This document shows positions 14,987 through 24,711 of a DNA stretch of 28,224 nt, one piece after another (the first letter of the stretch is position 1; every line of letters starts with the position of its first letter). Position numbers and translations under genes: made by a program. Origin of the DNA: a virus. Lineage: Duplodnaviria; Caudoviricetes. The notes under the pieces are model-generated. The model was not told the DNA's origin and did no database searches. It worked only from the letters and a program-made list of their open reading frames with translations. Location: IMG/VR virus record IMGVR_UViG_3300047292_000009, positions 1-28,224 of that record; one strand, 5' to 3'.

Positions 14987-15564
14987 TGAATACCGCCTAC
15001 GTTTACACACTGACTGACCCAAGAAATGGGATGCCCTTTTACGTTGGTAAGGGTGTGGGTAGACGTTGCCATTTTCACGCTTGGGAAGCTAAGAATTCTG
15101 ATAAGCCAACATATAAGCTGAACAAGATTCGTAAGATTCAAAGCCTTGGTTTAGACATTGTTGTGCGTAAGGTTGAGGAAAATGTAAGCCATGAGCAAGC
15201 TAAAGAACTTGAATGTTTCTTGATTGCTGAAATGCGTGAGTTTGGGATTGATTTAACAAACTTGACTGATGGTGGTGATGGTACTGAAGGTTACAAACAT
15301 AGCGCAGAAACACTTGCCAAAACTAGACATGATTGGACTGATGAGCAAAAGCAAAGGATTAGTGAATCGCTTAAAGGTAGAAGCAATCCATGTACTGAGC
15401 AACGCAGACAAGCTATTATTGCTGGAACAACTGGTGTAAAGAAATCAACAACAATCAATATGCGTAAGCCAAAGCGTAAAGAACAATGCCCACATTGCGG
15501 AATAATGGCAAGTGGCGGTAACTTAGCTAAGTGGCACATGAACAACTGCAAAAGCAAGGAATAA
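14983..15564 (+). CDS. Free-standing GIY-YIG homing endonuclease (NUMOD3-like motif and C-terminal zinc finger)
   Basis: YVY...FYVGKG..R, ELECFLI, LTNLTDGG, GYKHSAET, CPHCG...WH..NC. Confidence 0.85.
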   Translation: MMNTAYVYTLTDPRNGMPFYVGKGVGRRCHFHAWEAKNSDKPTYKLNKIRKIQSLGLDIVVRKVEENVSHEQAKELECFLIAEMREFGIDLTNLTDGGDGTEGYKHSAETLAKTRHDWTDEQKQRISESLKGRSNPCTEQRRQAIIAGTTGVKKSTTINMRKPKRKEQCPHCGIMASGGNLAKWHMNNCKSKE

Positions 15565-15566
15565 CA

Positions 15567-17480
15567 ATGCCTTTACAATCGACAAGTGGAGCAGCAAGCT
15601 ATGACGCATTTGGAGGCGGTGTTGCTGCTGTACCAAAATATATAGAGGAATATTTTTCTACTTTTTTGTATGCTGGTAATAACGGAAGCCAAACTATTGT
15701 TAATGGAGTTGATTTAGCAACTAAAGGCGGTCTGGTATGGATTAAGGATAGAACGCAAGCAGCATCGCATTACTTGCAAGATACTGTAAGAGGCGCAAAC
15801 AACTATCTATCAACCAATAACACCAATGCGCAAGCGTCTTTATCTCTAAATACTGTTTTTAATACTGACGGTTTTTCGCAAAACAATAGTTATGGCGGAT
15901 TCAATGGAAGCGGAGACAACTACGTTTCATGGTCTATAGCAAAAGCTCCAAAGTTCTTTGATGTTGTGACTTTTACGACAGCATCAGATGGCTCGGCAAC
16001 TGTAAGTCACAATCTTGGTTCTACACCCGGCTGTGTCATAACTAAAGCAACAAGCACAACAAGCCGATGGGAAACATGGCATCGGAGTTTAACAAGTACA
16101 AATTACACAGTTGCTTTAAATACTACTGGCGCTGAGGTTAACAATGGTTATTGGATTAACCCTAGTTCAACGCAAGTTCAGTTTATTGCTGGAACATTAA
16201 CTGGAAGTCAAACCTACGTTGCCTACCTATTCGCCCACAACGCAGGAGGCTTTGGTCTGACTGGTACAGACAATGTGATTTCGTGTGGGTCGTTTACTAC
16301 TGATTCAAGCGGAAACTTTACGACCACTTTAGGTTATGAGCCGCAATGGATTTTGTACAAAAATTCAGGTACAGCATCAAATTGGAATATTATTGACAAT
16401 ATGCGCGGTTGGCCTGTTGGCTCAGGTTCTAGTTATTTGCGCCCCAACACATCCGGAGCAGAAACGACCGACGCAAGTCCTTACATGATCCCAACTGCAA
16501 CGGGTTTTGCTGGGATCAATAGCGGTTTTGGGAATACCCAAACCTACATCTACATAGCCATTCGTAGAGGCCCGATGAAAGTGCCTACGGATGCGACTAA
16601 GGTGTTTGAGCCAGTTGCAAACACTACAACCTACACATCACCAAATGTTATTGGCTCACTCAATGCAGATTGGTTCTTTGGAAGAAAAATTACAGCAGAC
16701 ACAAACTGGTTTCAGTCTTCTAAACTGTCTCCAAAGACAATGCCGTTTAATTCTACTAGTTCAGAGGACGCAACACAGTATGTAACTTTCACAAATACTG
16801 GTGTTAAGTGGATTTCGACATGGGATTCGACTGCGACTACATATCGTAGTTATTTATTTCAGCGTGCCCCCAGCACATTCGATGTGGTTTGCTATACAGG
16901 GAATAACAACGGGGTAGGCCAAACTCTAAGCCACAATCTAGCGGCTGTTCCTGAGCTGATGATTGTAAAACGTAGGGGAAATGTTGGAGCATGGCTTGTG
17001 TATAGCACTGCAACAGGTGCTGCTAATTATTTGATGCTGCAAGATACAGCGGCTTCTGCGGCATCATCTACAGTTTGGCAAAACACAACGCCAACAGCAA
17101 CGCAGTTCACAATAGGTCAGACGCCAAATCAAGCTGATACTTACGTTTCCTACCTATTTGCCACTTGTGCAGGTGTTCAATACATAAATTCTTATGTTGG
17201 AGACGGAACAACAGGTCGTACAATTAACTGTGGTTTTACAGGTGGAGCACGTTTTGTTTGCATCAAAGCAACTAGCACTACAGGGTCGTGGTGGACGTTT
17301 GATTCTGCACGTGGAATTGTGACAAACAATGACCCTGCACTTCAATTGAACTCAACCGCTGCCGAGATAACTTCTGCTGATGCAATTGATACTGCGTCTA
17401 GTGGTTTTATTGTTAACCAAGAAGCGACTTGCAGTCTAAATGCTAGTGGAGTAACTTATTTAGTTTGGGCTATTGCTTAA
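15567..17480 (+). CDS. Distal tail fibre / receptor-binding protein with internally repeated beta domains
   Basis: Repeats of FDVV.(F/Y)T..SHNL..P...I.K and Y(V/I)(A/S)YLFA; ATG 15567 has an AAGGA RBS; followed by a chaperone gene. Confidence 0.8.
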   Translation: MPLQSTSGAASYDAFGGGVAAVPKYIEEYFSTFLYAGNNGSQTIVNGVDLATKGGLVWIKDRTQAASHYLQDTVRGANNYLSTNNTNAQASLSLNTVFNTDGFSQNNSYGGFNGSGDNYVSWSIAKAPKFFDVVTFTTASDGSATVSHNLGSTPGCVITKATSTTSRWETWHRSLTSTNYTVALNTTGAEVNNGYWINPSSTQVQFIAGTLTGSQTYVAYLFAHNAGGFGLTGTDNVISCGSFTTDSSGNFTTTLGYEPQWILYKNSGTASNWNIIDNMRGWPVGSGSSYLRPNTSGAETTDASPYMIPTATGFAGINSGFGNTQTYIYIAIRRGPMKVPTDATKVFEPVANTTTYTSPNVIGSLNADWFFGRKITADTNWFQSSKLSPKTMPFNSTSSEDATQYVTFTNTGVKWISTWDSTATTYRSYLFQRAPSTFDVVCYTGNNNGVGQTLSHNLAAVPELMIVKRRGNVGAWLVYSTATGAANYLMLQDTAASAASSTVWQNTTPTATQFTIGQTPNQADTYVSYLFATCAGVQYINSYVGDGTTGRTINCGFTGGARFVCIKATSTTGSWWTFDSARGIVTNNDPALQLNSTAAEITSADAIDTASSGFIVNQEATCSLNASGVTYLVWAIA

Positions 17481-17489
17481 AGGAAAATC

Positions 17490-17987
17490 ATGCAAATCAG
17501 AATCCGACAATCTGGACAAGTCATGTACGAAAGTGAATTTCGTGCATATCAAAAAGCCAATGGTGGCCCATCATGGGAGACAACAACAACTGAAGTCTTA
17601 GAGGCTTTGGGTGCTGATGTAGTCTTTGAAGGCCCACAAGCTACTGGCGGTACTGTTTACCAATACTCTCAAGCCTCTGGTGTTGAGCAGATTGATGGTA
17701 AGTGGTATACCAAGTATGTCCTTGGACCAATCTTTCTAGACCAAGTTGTAGATGGTGTAACTACTACTGCTGCTGAACAAGAAGACGCTTACAAGGCTCA
17801 GAAGGATGCTGAACAAGCTAAGAATGTTCGTGCTACTCGTGATGCTAAGTTAGCTGAGTGTGATTGGACACAAGTAGCAGATGCACCTGTTGACAAGACA
17901 GTATGGGCTACATATCGTCAAGCCTTGCGTGATGTTACAGCGCAGGAGGGCTTCCCTTGGACAGTTACATATCCTGAGAAACCATGA
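17490..17987 (+). CDS. Tail fibre assembly chaperone
   Basis: C-terminal RDAKLAECDWTQVADAP...WATYRQALRD motif. Confidence 0.9.
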   Translation: MQIRIRQSGQVMYESEFRAYQKANGGPSWETTTTEVLEALGADVVFEGPQATGGTVYQYSQASGVEQIDGKWYTKYVLGPIFLDQVVDGVTTTAAEQEDAYKAQKDAEQAKNVRATRDAKLAECDWTQVADAPVDKTVWATYRQALRDVTAQEGFPWTVTYPEKP

Positions 17988-18214
17988 GCGAAGTAACATA
18001 TGAACACATCTATGATCGACTAATGGCTGTAGAGGCTAAGGTGGATAACATAGAGAAGAATACACAAGAGGTTGTTAAAGCCTTCAACGCAGCTCAAGGG
18101 GCTTTCCAAGTCCTTGAGTGGATCGCTAAAGCTGTAAAGCCTATCATTATTATAGGTGCTTTCTTCGGAGCTATTTGGTTAGCTATCGACAACAGATTTC
18201 ATGGAGTTAAGTAA
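17984..18214 (+). CDS. Small coiled-coil membrane protein (holin/XhlA-like architecture)
   Basis: N-terminal heptads and C-terminal TM segment PIIIIGAFFGAIWLAI. Confidence 0.7.
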   Translation: MSEVTYEHIYDRLMAVEAKVDNIEKNTQEVVKAFNAAQGAFQVLEWIAKAVKPIIIIGAFFGAIWLAIDNRFHGVK

Positions 18215-18216
18215 TT

Positions 18217-18396
18217 ATGAATATGCCTACACGTGGTCAGCGTACAGCTAAGAACAAGATGAAGAAAGTTATGGGTGAATACAAAGAAGGTACTCTCCAC
18301 AGTGGTAAGGGAGGCCCTGTGGTGAAATCCCGTAAACAGGCTATTGCAATTGCCATGAGTGAGGCTGAGCAAGCTAAGAAACGTAAGAAAAAGTAA
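18217..18396 (+). CDS. Small basic protein (DUF6496-like)
   Basis: MNMPTRGQRTAKNKMKKVMGEYKEGTLHSGKGGPVVKSRKQAIAIAMSEAEQAKKRKKK; missed by the ORF track. Confidence 0.85.
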   Translation: MNMPTRGQRTAKNKMKKVMGEYKEGTLHSGKGGPVVKSRKQAIAIAMSEAEQAKKRKKK

Positions 18397-18404
18397 TAAA
18401 ACTA

Positions 18405-18433
18405 TTGACATTTACTTTAAAGTGTGATACCAT
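18405..18433 (+). promoter_or_regulatory. sigma70 promoter for the tail/ejection genes
   Basis: TTGACA-17 nt-TACCAT with extended TG; ACTTTAAAGT palindrome in the spacer. Confidence 0.8.
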
Positions 18434-18460
18434 AGTATACAGAGATATAAGGAATAACTA

Positions 18461-19111
18461 ATGGCTACGACATATCTACAGTTGGTTAACAACGTATTAG
18501 TACGTCTAAGGGAGACTGAAGTATCGTCGGTAGGCGATACTCCTTATAGTTCCCTGATAGGTGTTTTTGTTAACGATGCTAAGCGAGAGATTGAGGATGC
18601 CCTTGACTGGAATGTCCTCACACAGACTATTGTGTTACCTACAGTGGCAGGTACTCGTAACTATACATTGACAGGTTCAGGTCAGAGATTCCGTACTGTT
18701 GATGTACTGAATGACACTGAAGATGTCCCTATGAAACAAGTACCTACTAACTGGATGAACAGACAGTATTACTTAGGCACAACTCAGAATGCAGCTCCGG
18801 TGTACTACAACTACAACGGTATCTCCGGTGACGATACTCAGGTGGATGTATGGCCTCAGCCTGATGGTGTCTATTCACTACGCTTTGAGTTAGTTATCCC
18901 TCAAGCTGACTTGTCTGCAGATGCTGATGCTTTGTTAGTACCTCATCACTTGGTACAGATGTTAGCCTACGCTAAAGCTGTTGGTGAGCGAGGTGAAGAT
19001 GGAGGTTCAACCTTCAGTGAGATTTATCAACAATATCGTTTAGCTTTGGCAGATGCTGTAGCTATTGAGCGTAACCGCTACGATGAAGAAACTACTTGGG
19101 TGGGTATCTAA
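18461..19111 (+). CDS. Head-tail adaptor (tail tubular protein A-like)
   Basis: TYLQLVNNVLVRLRE N-terminus, DWN and VWPQPD motifs; size and position. Confidence 0.8.
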   Translation: MATTYLQLVNNVLVRLRETEVSSVGDTPYSSLIGVFVNDAKREIEDALDWNVLTQTIVLPTVAGTRNYTLTGSGQRFRTVDVLNDTEDVPMKQVPTNWMNRQYYLGTTQNAAPVYYNYNGISGDDTQVDVWPQPDGVYSLRFELVIPQADLSADADALLVPHHLVQMLAYAKAVGERGEDGGSTFSEIYQQYRLALADAVAIERNRYDEETTWVGI

Positions 19112-20649
19112 TGGTAGCTAAGATATTAACTACTACAGTGTCAGCTCCGGGATTCATGGGGTTGAACACTCAGGATAGCTCAGTCTCTCTAGAGGCTGGC
19201 TATGCTACTGTAGCTAATAATTGTGTGATTGATAAGTTTGGACGTATTGGTGCTCGTAAGGGATGGACTACAGCACACTCATCTAACAATGATTTAGGTG
19301 AAGCTAACGTCAAAGCTATCGGTGAGTTGATTGATAACTCAGGTAACTCATACATTATTGCTGCTGGTAACAATAAGCTATTCAAGCTTTCAGGTACAAC
19401 ACTATCACAGTTGACCTACGGAGGTGGTGGCACAGCTCCTACCATTACAGATGATAACTGGCAGATGGCTCCGTTGAATGGTGTCATGTATCTGTATCAG
19501 TCTGGGCATGATCCTCTAGTGTTCGATCCTGCGACCAGTTCAACTACGTACAAGCGTATCACTGAAAAGACTGGCTACTTAGGAACTGTACAGAGTAACA
19601 ACTGTGTAATCAGTGCTTATGGTCGTACATGGAGTGCTAATAACACATCAGTTAAGAGTACTATTCAGTTCTCAGACTTACTTGCAGGTCATGTCTTGAA
19701 TACAGGTACTTCAGGTACTTTAGATGTATCTCAAGTGTGGCCTAATGGTGCAGATGAGATTATCTCTCTAGCTGCTCACAATAACTTCTTGATTGTGTTT
19801 GGACGTAGACAGATCTTGATCTACTCCAATGCTACAGATCCTAACAACTTAACACTGTCAGATGCCATTACAGGTATTGGCTGTGTAGCTAGGGACTCAG
19901 TAGTAGCTACAGGTGGTGATGTAATCTTCTTGTCTGACTCAGGTGTACGTTCTCTAATGCGTACCATTCAAGAGAAGTCAGCTCCAATGCGAGACATCAG
20001 TGCCAATGTACGTGATGACTTAGTGTTGGAAGTTAGCTTAGAAGATGCTGATGAGATCAAGGCTGTGTACTCAGACAAGGAAGCCTTCTATCTGTTGTCT
20101 TTACCAGCTCGTCAGATTGTGTACTGCTTTGACATGAGAGCACCTCTACCTAATGGTGCTAACAGGGTTACAACATGGGATGGCTTAGTACCTTATGCTT
20201 TCAAGTACACCCGCAGTAAAGAGTTATTGATGGGTAAGGCTGGATACATAGCTAAATATGGTGGTTATAAAGACAATGCTAATAACTACCTGATGAAGTA
20301 CTATACTAATTACTTTGACTTCCAGTCACCTACGGTAATTAAGATTATGAAGAAAGTAGGTGTAACGATTATCGGAGGTCAAGGTTATCCAGTTACTCTT
20401 AAGTTTGGCTTCGATTACAGTGACATTTTAAATCTTAGACAGTTTAGTTTGTCTAATGCTGCAGTAGCTGAATACAACATAGCTGAGTACAACATTGCAG
20501 AATATGGTGGATCAGCCTTCGATAACAAGATCATTAACATTGGTGGATCAGGTAAGGTTATTCAATTAGGTTTTGAAACCACAGTATTTGATAAATCAAT
20601 ATCCATTCAGAAACTTGATGTCTACGTTAAGACAGGGAAGACAAGATGA
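19111..20649 (+). CDS. Tail nozzle/hub protein (tail tubular B / P22 gp10-like)
   Basis: Beta-propeller-like motifs GLNTQD, IQFSD, IGCVARDSV, FLSDSGVR; ATG 19111 coupled by TAATG. Confidence 0.8.
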   Translation: MVAKILTTTVSAPGFMGLNTQDSSVSLEAGYATVANNCVIDKFGRIGARKGWTTAHSSNNDLGEANVKAIGELIDNSGNSYIIAAGNNKLFKLSGTTLSQLTYGGGGTAPTITDDNWQMAPLNGVMYLYQSGHDPLVFDPATSSTTYKRITEKTGYLGTVQSNNCVISAYGRTWSANNTSVKSTIQFSDLLAGHVLNTGTSGTLDVSQVWPNGADEIISLAAHNNFLIVFGRRQILIYSNATDPNNLTLSDAITGIGCVARDSVVATGGDVIFLSDSGVRSLMRTIQEKSAPMRDISANVRDDLVLEVSLEDADEIKAVYSDKEAFYLLSLPARQIVYCFDMRAPLPNGANRVTTWDGLVPYAFKYTRSKELLMGKAGYIAKYGGYKDNANNYLMKYYTNYFDFQSPTVIKIMKKVGVTIIGGQGYPVTLKFGFDYSDILNLRQFSLSNAAVAEYNIAEYNIAEYGGSAFDNKIINIGGSGKVIQLGFETTVFDKSISIQKLDVYVKTGKTR

Positions 20650-20876
20650 GTAATTACACCAAGGCAACTAACTTTGCAATTAAGGATAGCCTAAATACAG
20701 GTAATCCTTCAAAGATCATTAAAGGTACAGAAGTTAACACTGAGTTTGATAACATTCAATCAGCAGTTAACTCTAAGCCTGATGCTAATAATGCAGCATT
20801 AACAGGAACAGCCACTGCAGTTAATCTTACTGTCTCTGGCACTTTTACAGCAACAGTGGACGGAGGTACATACTAA
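20646..20876 (+). CDS. Small tail-associated protein
   Basis: 76 aa, coupled on both sides; EVNTEFDNIQSAVNSK resembles fibre/needle N-termini. Confidence 0.7.
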   Translation: MSNYTKATNFAIKDSLNTGNPSKIIKGTEVNTEFDNIQSAVNSKPDANNAALTGTATAVNLTVSGTFTATVDGGTY

Positions 20877-21862
20877 TGGCTGATTGGACAGACTTAATTG
20901 GCCCTCTGTTGGGCACTGCAGGTAGCGTATATGCTTCTAACCAAGCTGCTAATGCTACCACTAACGCAGCTAACGCAGCTGCACAGGCTGCACAGTTCCG
21001 ACCTGTAGGAGTTACTACAAGGTTTGGTAAGTCAGGCTTTCAGTATGATCCTGCATCAGGTCAGTTGATCGGTGCAGGTTATCAGGTAGCTCCTGACGTA
21101 GCTGCAGCCCGTGAAGGTTTGATGGGCATGGCAGGTACTGGCTTAGGTCAGGCTCAGCAGATCCAAGCATATCAACCTAATGTTAATGCTCAAGCTGCTG
21201 GTTTGTTTAACCTTGGTGCTACATACACAGCTCAGAATCCTCAGCAGGTTGCTCAGAACTACTTAACTCAGCAGCAACAACTGTTAGCTCCCGGTCGTGA
21301 ACAGACATTGGCTAACTTGACTAACCAACAGCAACAGCAAGGTCGTTTAGGTCTAGCTACTGGTGGTACTACAGCAGGTTACACTGCAGGTGCTCCCGGC
21401 TTGCAAGCTACTAATCCTCAAATGGCTGCATACTACAATGCTCAAGCTCAGCAGGATGCTCAGTTGGCAGCTCAGGCACAACAAGCTGGTCAGCAACAAG
21501 TACAGTTCGGTCAAGGATTAATGACAGGTGGTTTGAACTTGGCAGGTCAAGGCTTTGGCTTACAGACACAGGCTCTGGCTCCTTACAACGCCTATGTACA
21601 AGGAGCTACTAACTTGGAAAACTTAGGTCAGAATGCTTTGACTCAAGGTTCAGCTCTGGGATCAGCTATCACAGCAGGTTCTACCAATGCAGCTAACATT
21701 CAGAATGCTGCAGCACAACAGGCAGCAGCTTTGCAGATGCAACGTAACAATGCTGTAGTAGGTGGTTTAACAGATCCTATCAGTCAGTTGATTAGTGGTC
21801 TAACTAAAGGTTCATCTACACCTTATCAGCCAGCTGCAGTTAGCGGTTACTTTGGATACTAA
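20876..21862 (+). CDS. Ejection (internal virion) protein 1
   Basis: Gln/Ala/Gly-rich with a hydrophobic N-terminus; canonical position after the nozzle. Confidence 0.7.
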   Translation: MADWTDLIGPLLGTAGSVYASNQAANATTNAANAAAQAAQFRPVGVTTRFGKSGFQYDPASGQLIGAGYQVAPDVAAAREGLMGMAGTGLGQAQQIQAYQPNVNAQAAGLFNLGATYTAQNPQQVAQNYLTQQQQLLAPGREQTLANLTNQQQQQGRLGLATGGTTAGYTAGAPGLQATNPQMAAYYNAQAQQDAQLAAQAQQAGQQQVQFGQGLMTGGLNLAGQGFGLQTQALAPYNAYVQGATNLENLGQNALTQGSALGSAITAGSTNAANIQNAAAQQAAALQMQRNNAVVGGLTDPISQLISGLTKGSSTPYQPAAVSGYFGY

Positions 21863-21873
21863 GAGGAAACACA

Positions 21874-23031
21874 ATGGCTACACAAGGAATTCAAGGTTTA
21901 TTCGGAGGCATGGGTACTCCTGAGGAAATGCAACGTCAGCTGGTAGAACAGAAGGCTTTGCAGTTTGCTAATATGTCTCCTCAGCAACAAACATCCTACA
22001 ACATCTTTAAGAACACTGGTAACTTAGGTCGTGGCTTAGCTGGTGCTATGGGTGTTGATGTACAAGATCCAGCTATTAAACGAGCTACTATGCTTCGTCA
22101 GATGGCCTCACAGTTTGATACCAATACTGTTGAAGGTTTGAAGCAAATGGCTCAAGCACTGCAGGGTACAGATCCTGAGCTTGGCTACCAAGTTATGCAG
22201 CGTGCTCAGGCTTTAGAGTTAGCTCAAGCTAAATTAGGCTCTGAACAAGCCCTCACAGCACAACGTACTCGTGAGAAAGCAGCTGCAGATCCCTTCCAGA
22301 AACTTGTTGAAACAGGTAAGTATACTCCTGCTAGTTTAAAAGCATATAAAGATTCTAATGATGTGGCTGATCTGCAGTTCAAAGAATCTGATGCTAAGAC
22401 AACAGTTATTAAAACTGATGGTCGTAATAAGCTTATTAACTCACAAACAGGTGAAGTTATTGCCGATCTAGGTGCAGCAGGTAAGACGCTTGAAGAATCG
22501 CTAGGTGCAGGTCTTGGTAAGCTTGGTGAGGCAATGGCAGGTTCTCAAGCCAAGGCCGCAGGTGCTGAAGCTGGTAAAGGTGTTGGTAAACAATCTGTTG
22601 AGATTCAAGGTAAGTACACAGCTATTGAATCTATTGACGATGCTTTGGACATGGTTAAGAAAGGTATTTATGCCGGTGGTTACGGCCCAGCTATGGAAGC
22701 TACCGCTAAATACACTAAAGGAGCTGTAGGATCTCAGAAGACACTTGAGAATACAGAACAGTTTAGGGCTTATATTGGTGATGTTGTTATTCCTCGTCTG
22801 CAAGACTTTGGTGGTAATGACTCAGTTGAAGAACTTAAATACTTACGATCTGTCTTGGCTGGTGATACAACACTTGAAAAGAAGTCTATTGAGGGTGTTC
22901 TTAAACGTGCTAAGCAAAAGATTGATGCAGGTATTAAACGAGTACAAGCTCAGCAGGAGGCTGTATCGGGAGGTAAACCTCTACCTACAGGCCCAATGAG
23001 TAAACCTGTAAAGTGGTCAGATTTACCTTAA
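21874..23031 (+). CDS. Ejection (internal virion) protein 2
   Basis: Helical 385-aa protein; position. Confidence 0.7.
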   Translation: MATQGIQGLFGGMGTPEEMQRQLVEQKALQFANMSPQQQTSYNIFKNTGNLGRGLAGAMGVDVQDPAIKRATMLRQMASQFDTNTVEGLKQMAQALQGTDPELGYQVMQRAQALELAQAKLGSEQALTAQRTREKAAADPFQKLVETGKYTPASLKAYKDSNDVADLQFKESDAKTTVIKTDGRNKLINSQTGEVIADLGAAGKTLEESLGAGLGKLGEAMAGSQAKAAGAEAGKGVGKQSVEIQGKYTAIESIDDALDMVKKGIYAGGYGPAMEATAKYTKGAVGSQKTLENTEQFRAYIGDVVIPRLQDFGGNDSVEELKYLRSVLAGDTTLEKKSIEGVLKRAKQKIDAGIKRVQAQQEAVSGGKPLPTGPMSKPVKWSDLP

Positions 23032-23043
23032 TTAAGGAACAAC

Positions 23044-24693
23044 ATGGATATTGAACTCCCAAACGGTAAGATTATTGAAGGTGTTCCTGAAGGTACTTCT
23101 AAGGCTGACATTCAAGCTAAGGCCATTAAAGCTGGCCTAGCTACAGCAGCTGATTTTGGTATTCAGACACCTCAGAAAGCACCTAGTGGTTTTCTACAAG
23201 GTGTAATGGATCCTGTCTACGGTGCTGGACAGTTGATGGCTAAGGGTATGCAAGCTGTGGGCTTCTTTCCTGAAGAGGCTAAAGCTTTTGAGCAACGTGT
23301 AGTTCCTCAGCGTGAACAACAATATCTAGCTCAGCGTCAAGCAGCTGGTGAGGAAGGCACAGACTGGGCACGACTTGGAGGTAACATTCTAAGCCCTGCT
23401 AACTTGCTTGCTGGCGGTGCTGTAGGCTCTATGGTTGCTAAACCACTTGCTCAAGCTGCAGCTATTGGAGCTACTCAAGGTGCTATAGCTCCTGTTACTG
23501 ATGTTGAAAACTTTGGTGAAGAGAAGCTTAAACAAACTGCTGGTGGTGGTGTCTTTGGTCTAGCTGGTGCAGGTCTAGTTAAAGGTGCAGGTAGTGTCTT
23601 AAATCCTCTTGCATCTAAAGCTGAACAGACAATGCGTGATCTAGGTGTCAAGATGACTCCCGGTCAGATCATGGGCGGTCAAGCTAAAGCCTTTGAAGAG
23701 TTTGCTGAGAACTTGCCGCTGGTAGGTTCTTATATCTCTAATGCTAAAGAGCGTGGATTGTATTCGTTTAACAAAGGAATCATTAACAAAGCTCTTAAGA
23801 AGATTGATGATGCTCTTCCTGAGGATGTGATTGGTCGTGACGCTGTTCAACACGCTAATACAGCTGTATCTAATAAGTATGATGAAGTCTTGCAGAAGAT
23901 GGACTTTAAGCTAGACTTTCCAACTTATACAAACATCCTTAAAGTAACCCGTTCACCCAATCTTCCAAGTGCACAACAGCGCCAAGCTGTGAAAGACATT
24001 GTTGATTCAACAGTGTTTAGTCGCCTACCTAAGGACGGTAAGATTGATGGGCCAGCATACAAAGATATTGAATCTGACTTGCTTAAGAAAGTAATCTCTT
24101 ATAAGAATAGTACCACAGCAGCTGAGCGAGAGATTGGTGATGCTTTAGGTGAGGTATTGGATTCTATGAAGGGTGCTCTACGTAAGCAGAACCCAGAACA
24201 ATCGTCTGTACTAAGACGTATTGATAGTGCTTACGGTGATATTGCAGTGATGAAGACAGCAGCAGCTAACTCAGGGGCAGCTAACGGTGTGTTTACTCCT
24301 AAGCAATATAGTACAGCTGTTAGACAACGTGATATGTCTAGAAACAAGACAGCCTTTGCAGCTGGTACTGCACGAGGTCAGGACGTATCAGATGCAGCCT
24401 TGTCTGTACTTGAGCGTGATGCCCGGTCTACTTTGGAAGGTCGTTTAGCTACTCAAGCTTCAGGTTTGATGGCAGCTTTCCAGAATCCTGCTGTAGCTGC
24501 AGGTTTATCTGTAGGTTCTCCAGTGCTGTACTCTGAGAGTGGTATCAAAGCAATGGAAACATTGTTACGTAGCCGTCCTGATGCAGCTAAGAAGATTGGA
24601 CAGATGCTGACTTCTAGGGCTACCAAGGAAGGTAGTATTACAGGTGCTCAAGTACTGCAAGAGTACAACAGACAAACTAAGGGTACGGAATAA
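23044..24693 (+). CDS. Ejection (internal virion) protein 3
   Basis: 549 aa with Gly/Ala hydrophobic segments; last structural gene. Confidence 0.7.
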   Translation: MDIELPNGKIIEGVPEGTSKADIQAKAIKAGLATAADFGIQTPQKAPSGFLQGVMDPVYGAGQLMAKGMQAVGFFPEEAKAFEQRVVPQREQQYLAQRQAAGEEGTDWARLGGNILSPANLLAGGAVGSMVAKPLAQAAAIGATQGAIAPVTDVENFGEEKLKQTAGGGVFGLAGAGLVKGAGSVLNPLASKAEQTMRDLGVKMTPGQIMGGQAKAFEEFAENLPLVGSYISNAKERGLYSFNKGIINKALKKIDDALPEDVIGRDAVQHANTAVSNKYDEVLQKMDFKLDFPTYTNILKVTRSPNLPSAQQRQAVKDIVDSTVFSRLPKDGKIDGPAYKDIESDLLKKVISYKNSTTAAEREIGDALGEVLDSMKGALRKQNPEQSSVLRRIDSAYGDIAVMKTAAANSGAANGVFTPKQYSTAVRQRDMSRNKTAFAAGTARGQDVSDAALSVLERDARSTLEGRLATQASGLMAAFQNPAVAAGLSVGSPVLYSESGIKAMETLLRSRPDAAKKIGQMLTSRATKEGSITGAQVLQEYNRQTKGTE

Positions 24694-24711
24694 CTAAATA
24701 AAGGACTATAA

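Noticed and set aside
14940-15600. Group I intron around the GIY-YIG gene
   Set aside because: No non-coding flanks for a ribozyme core; both neighbouring genes have their own stop, RBS and start.
15567-17480. Diversity-generating retroelement or invertible tail-fibre cassette
   Set aside because: No reverse transcriptase or invertase in the window, and no template/variable repeat pair or inverted sites seen.
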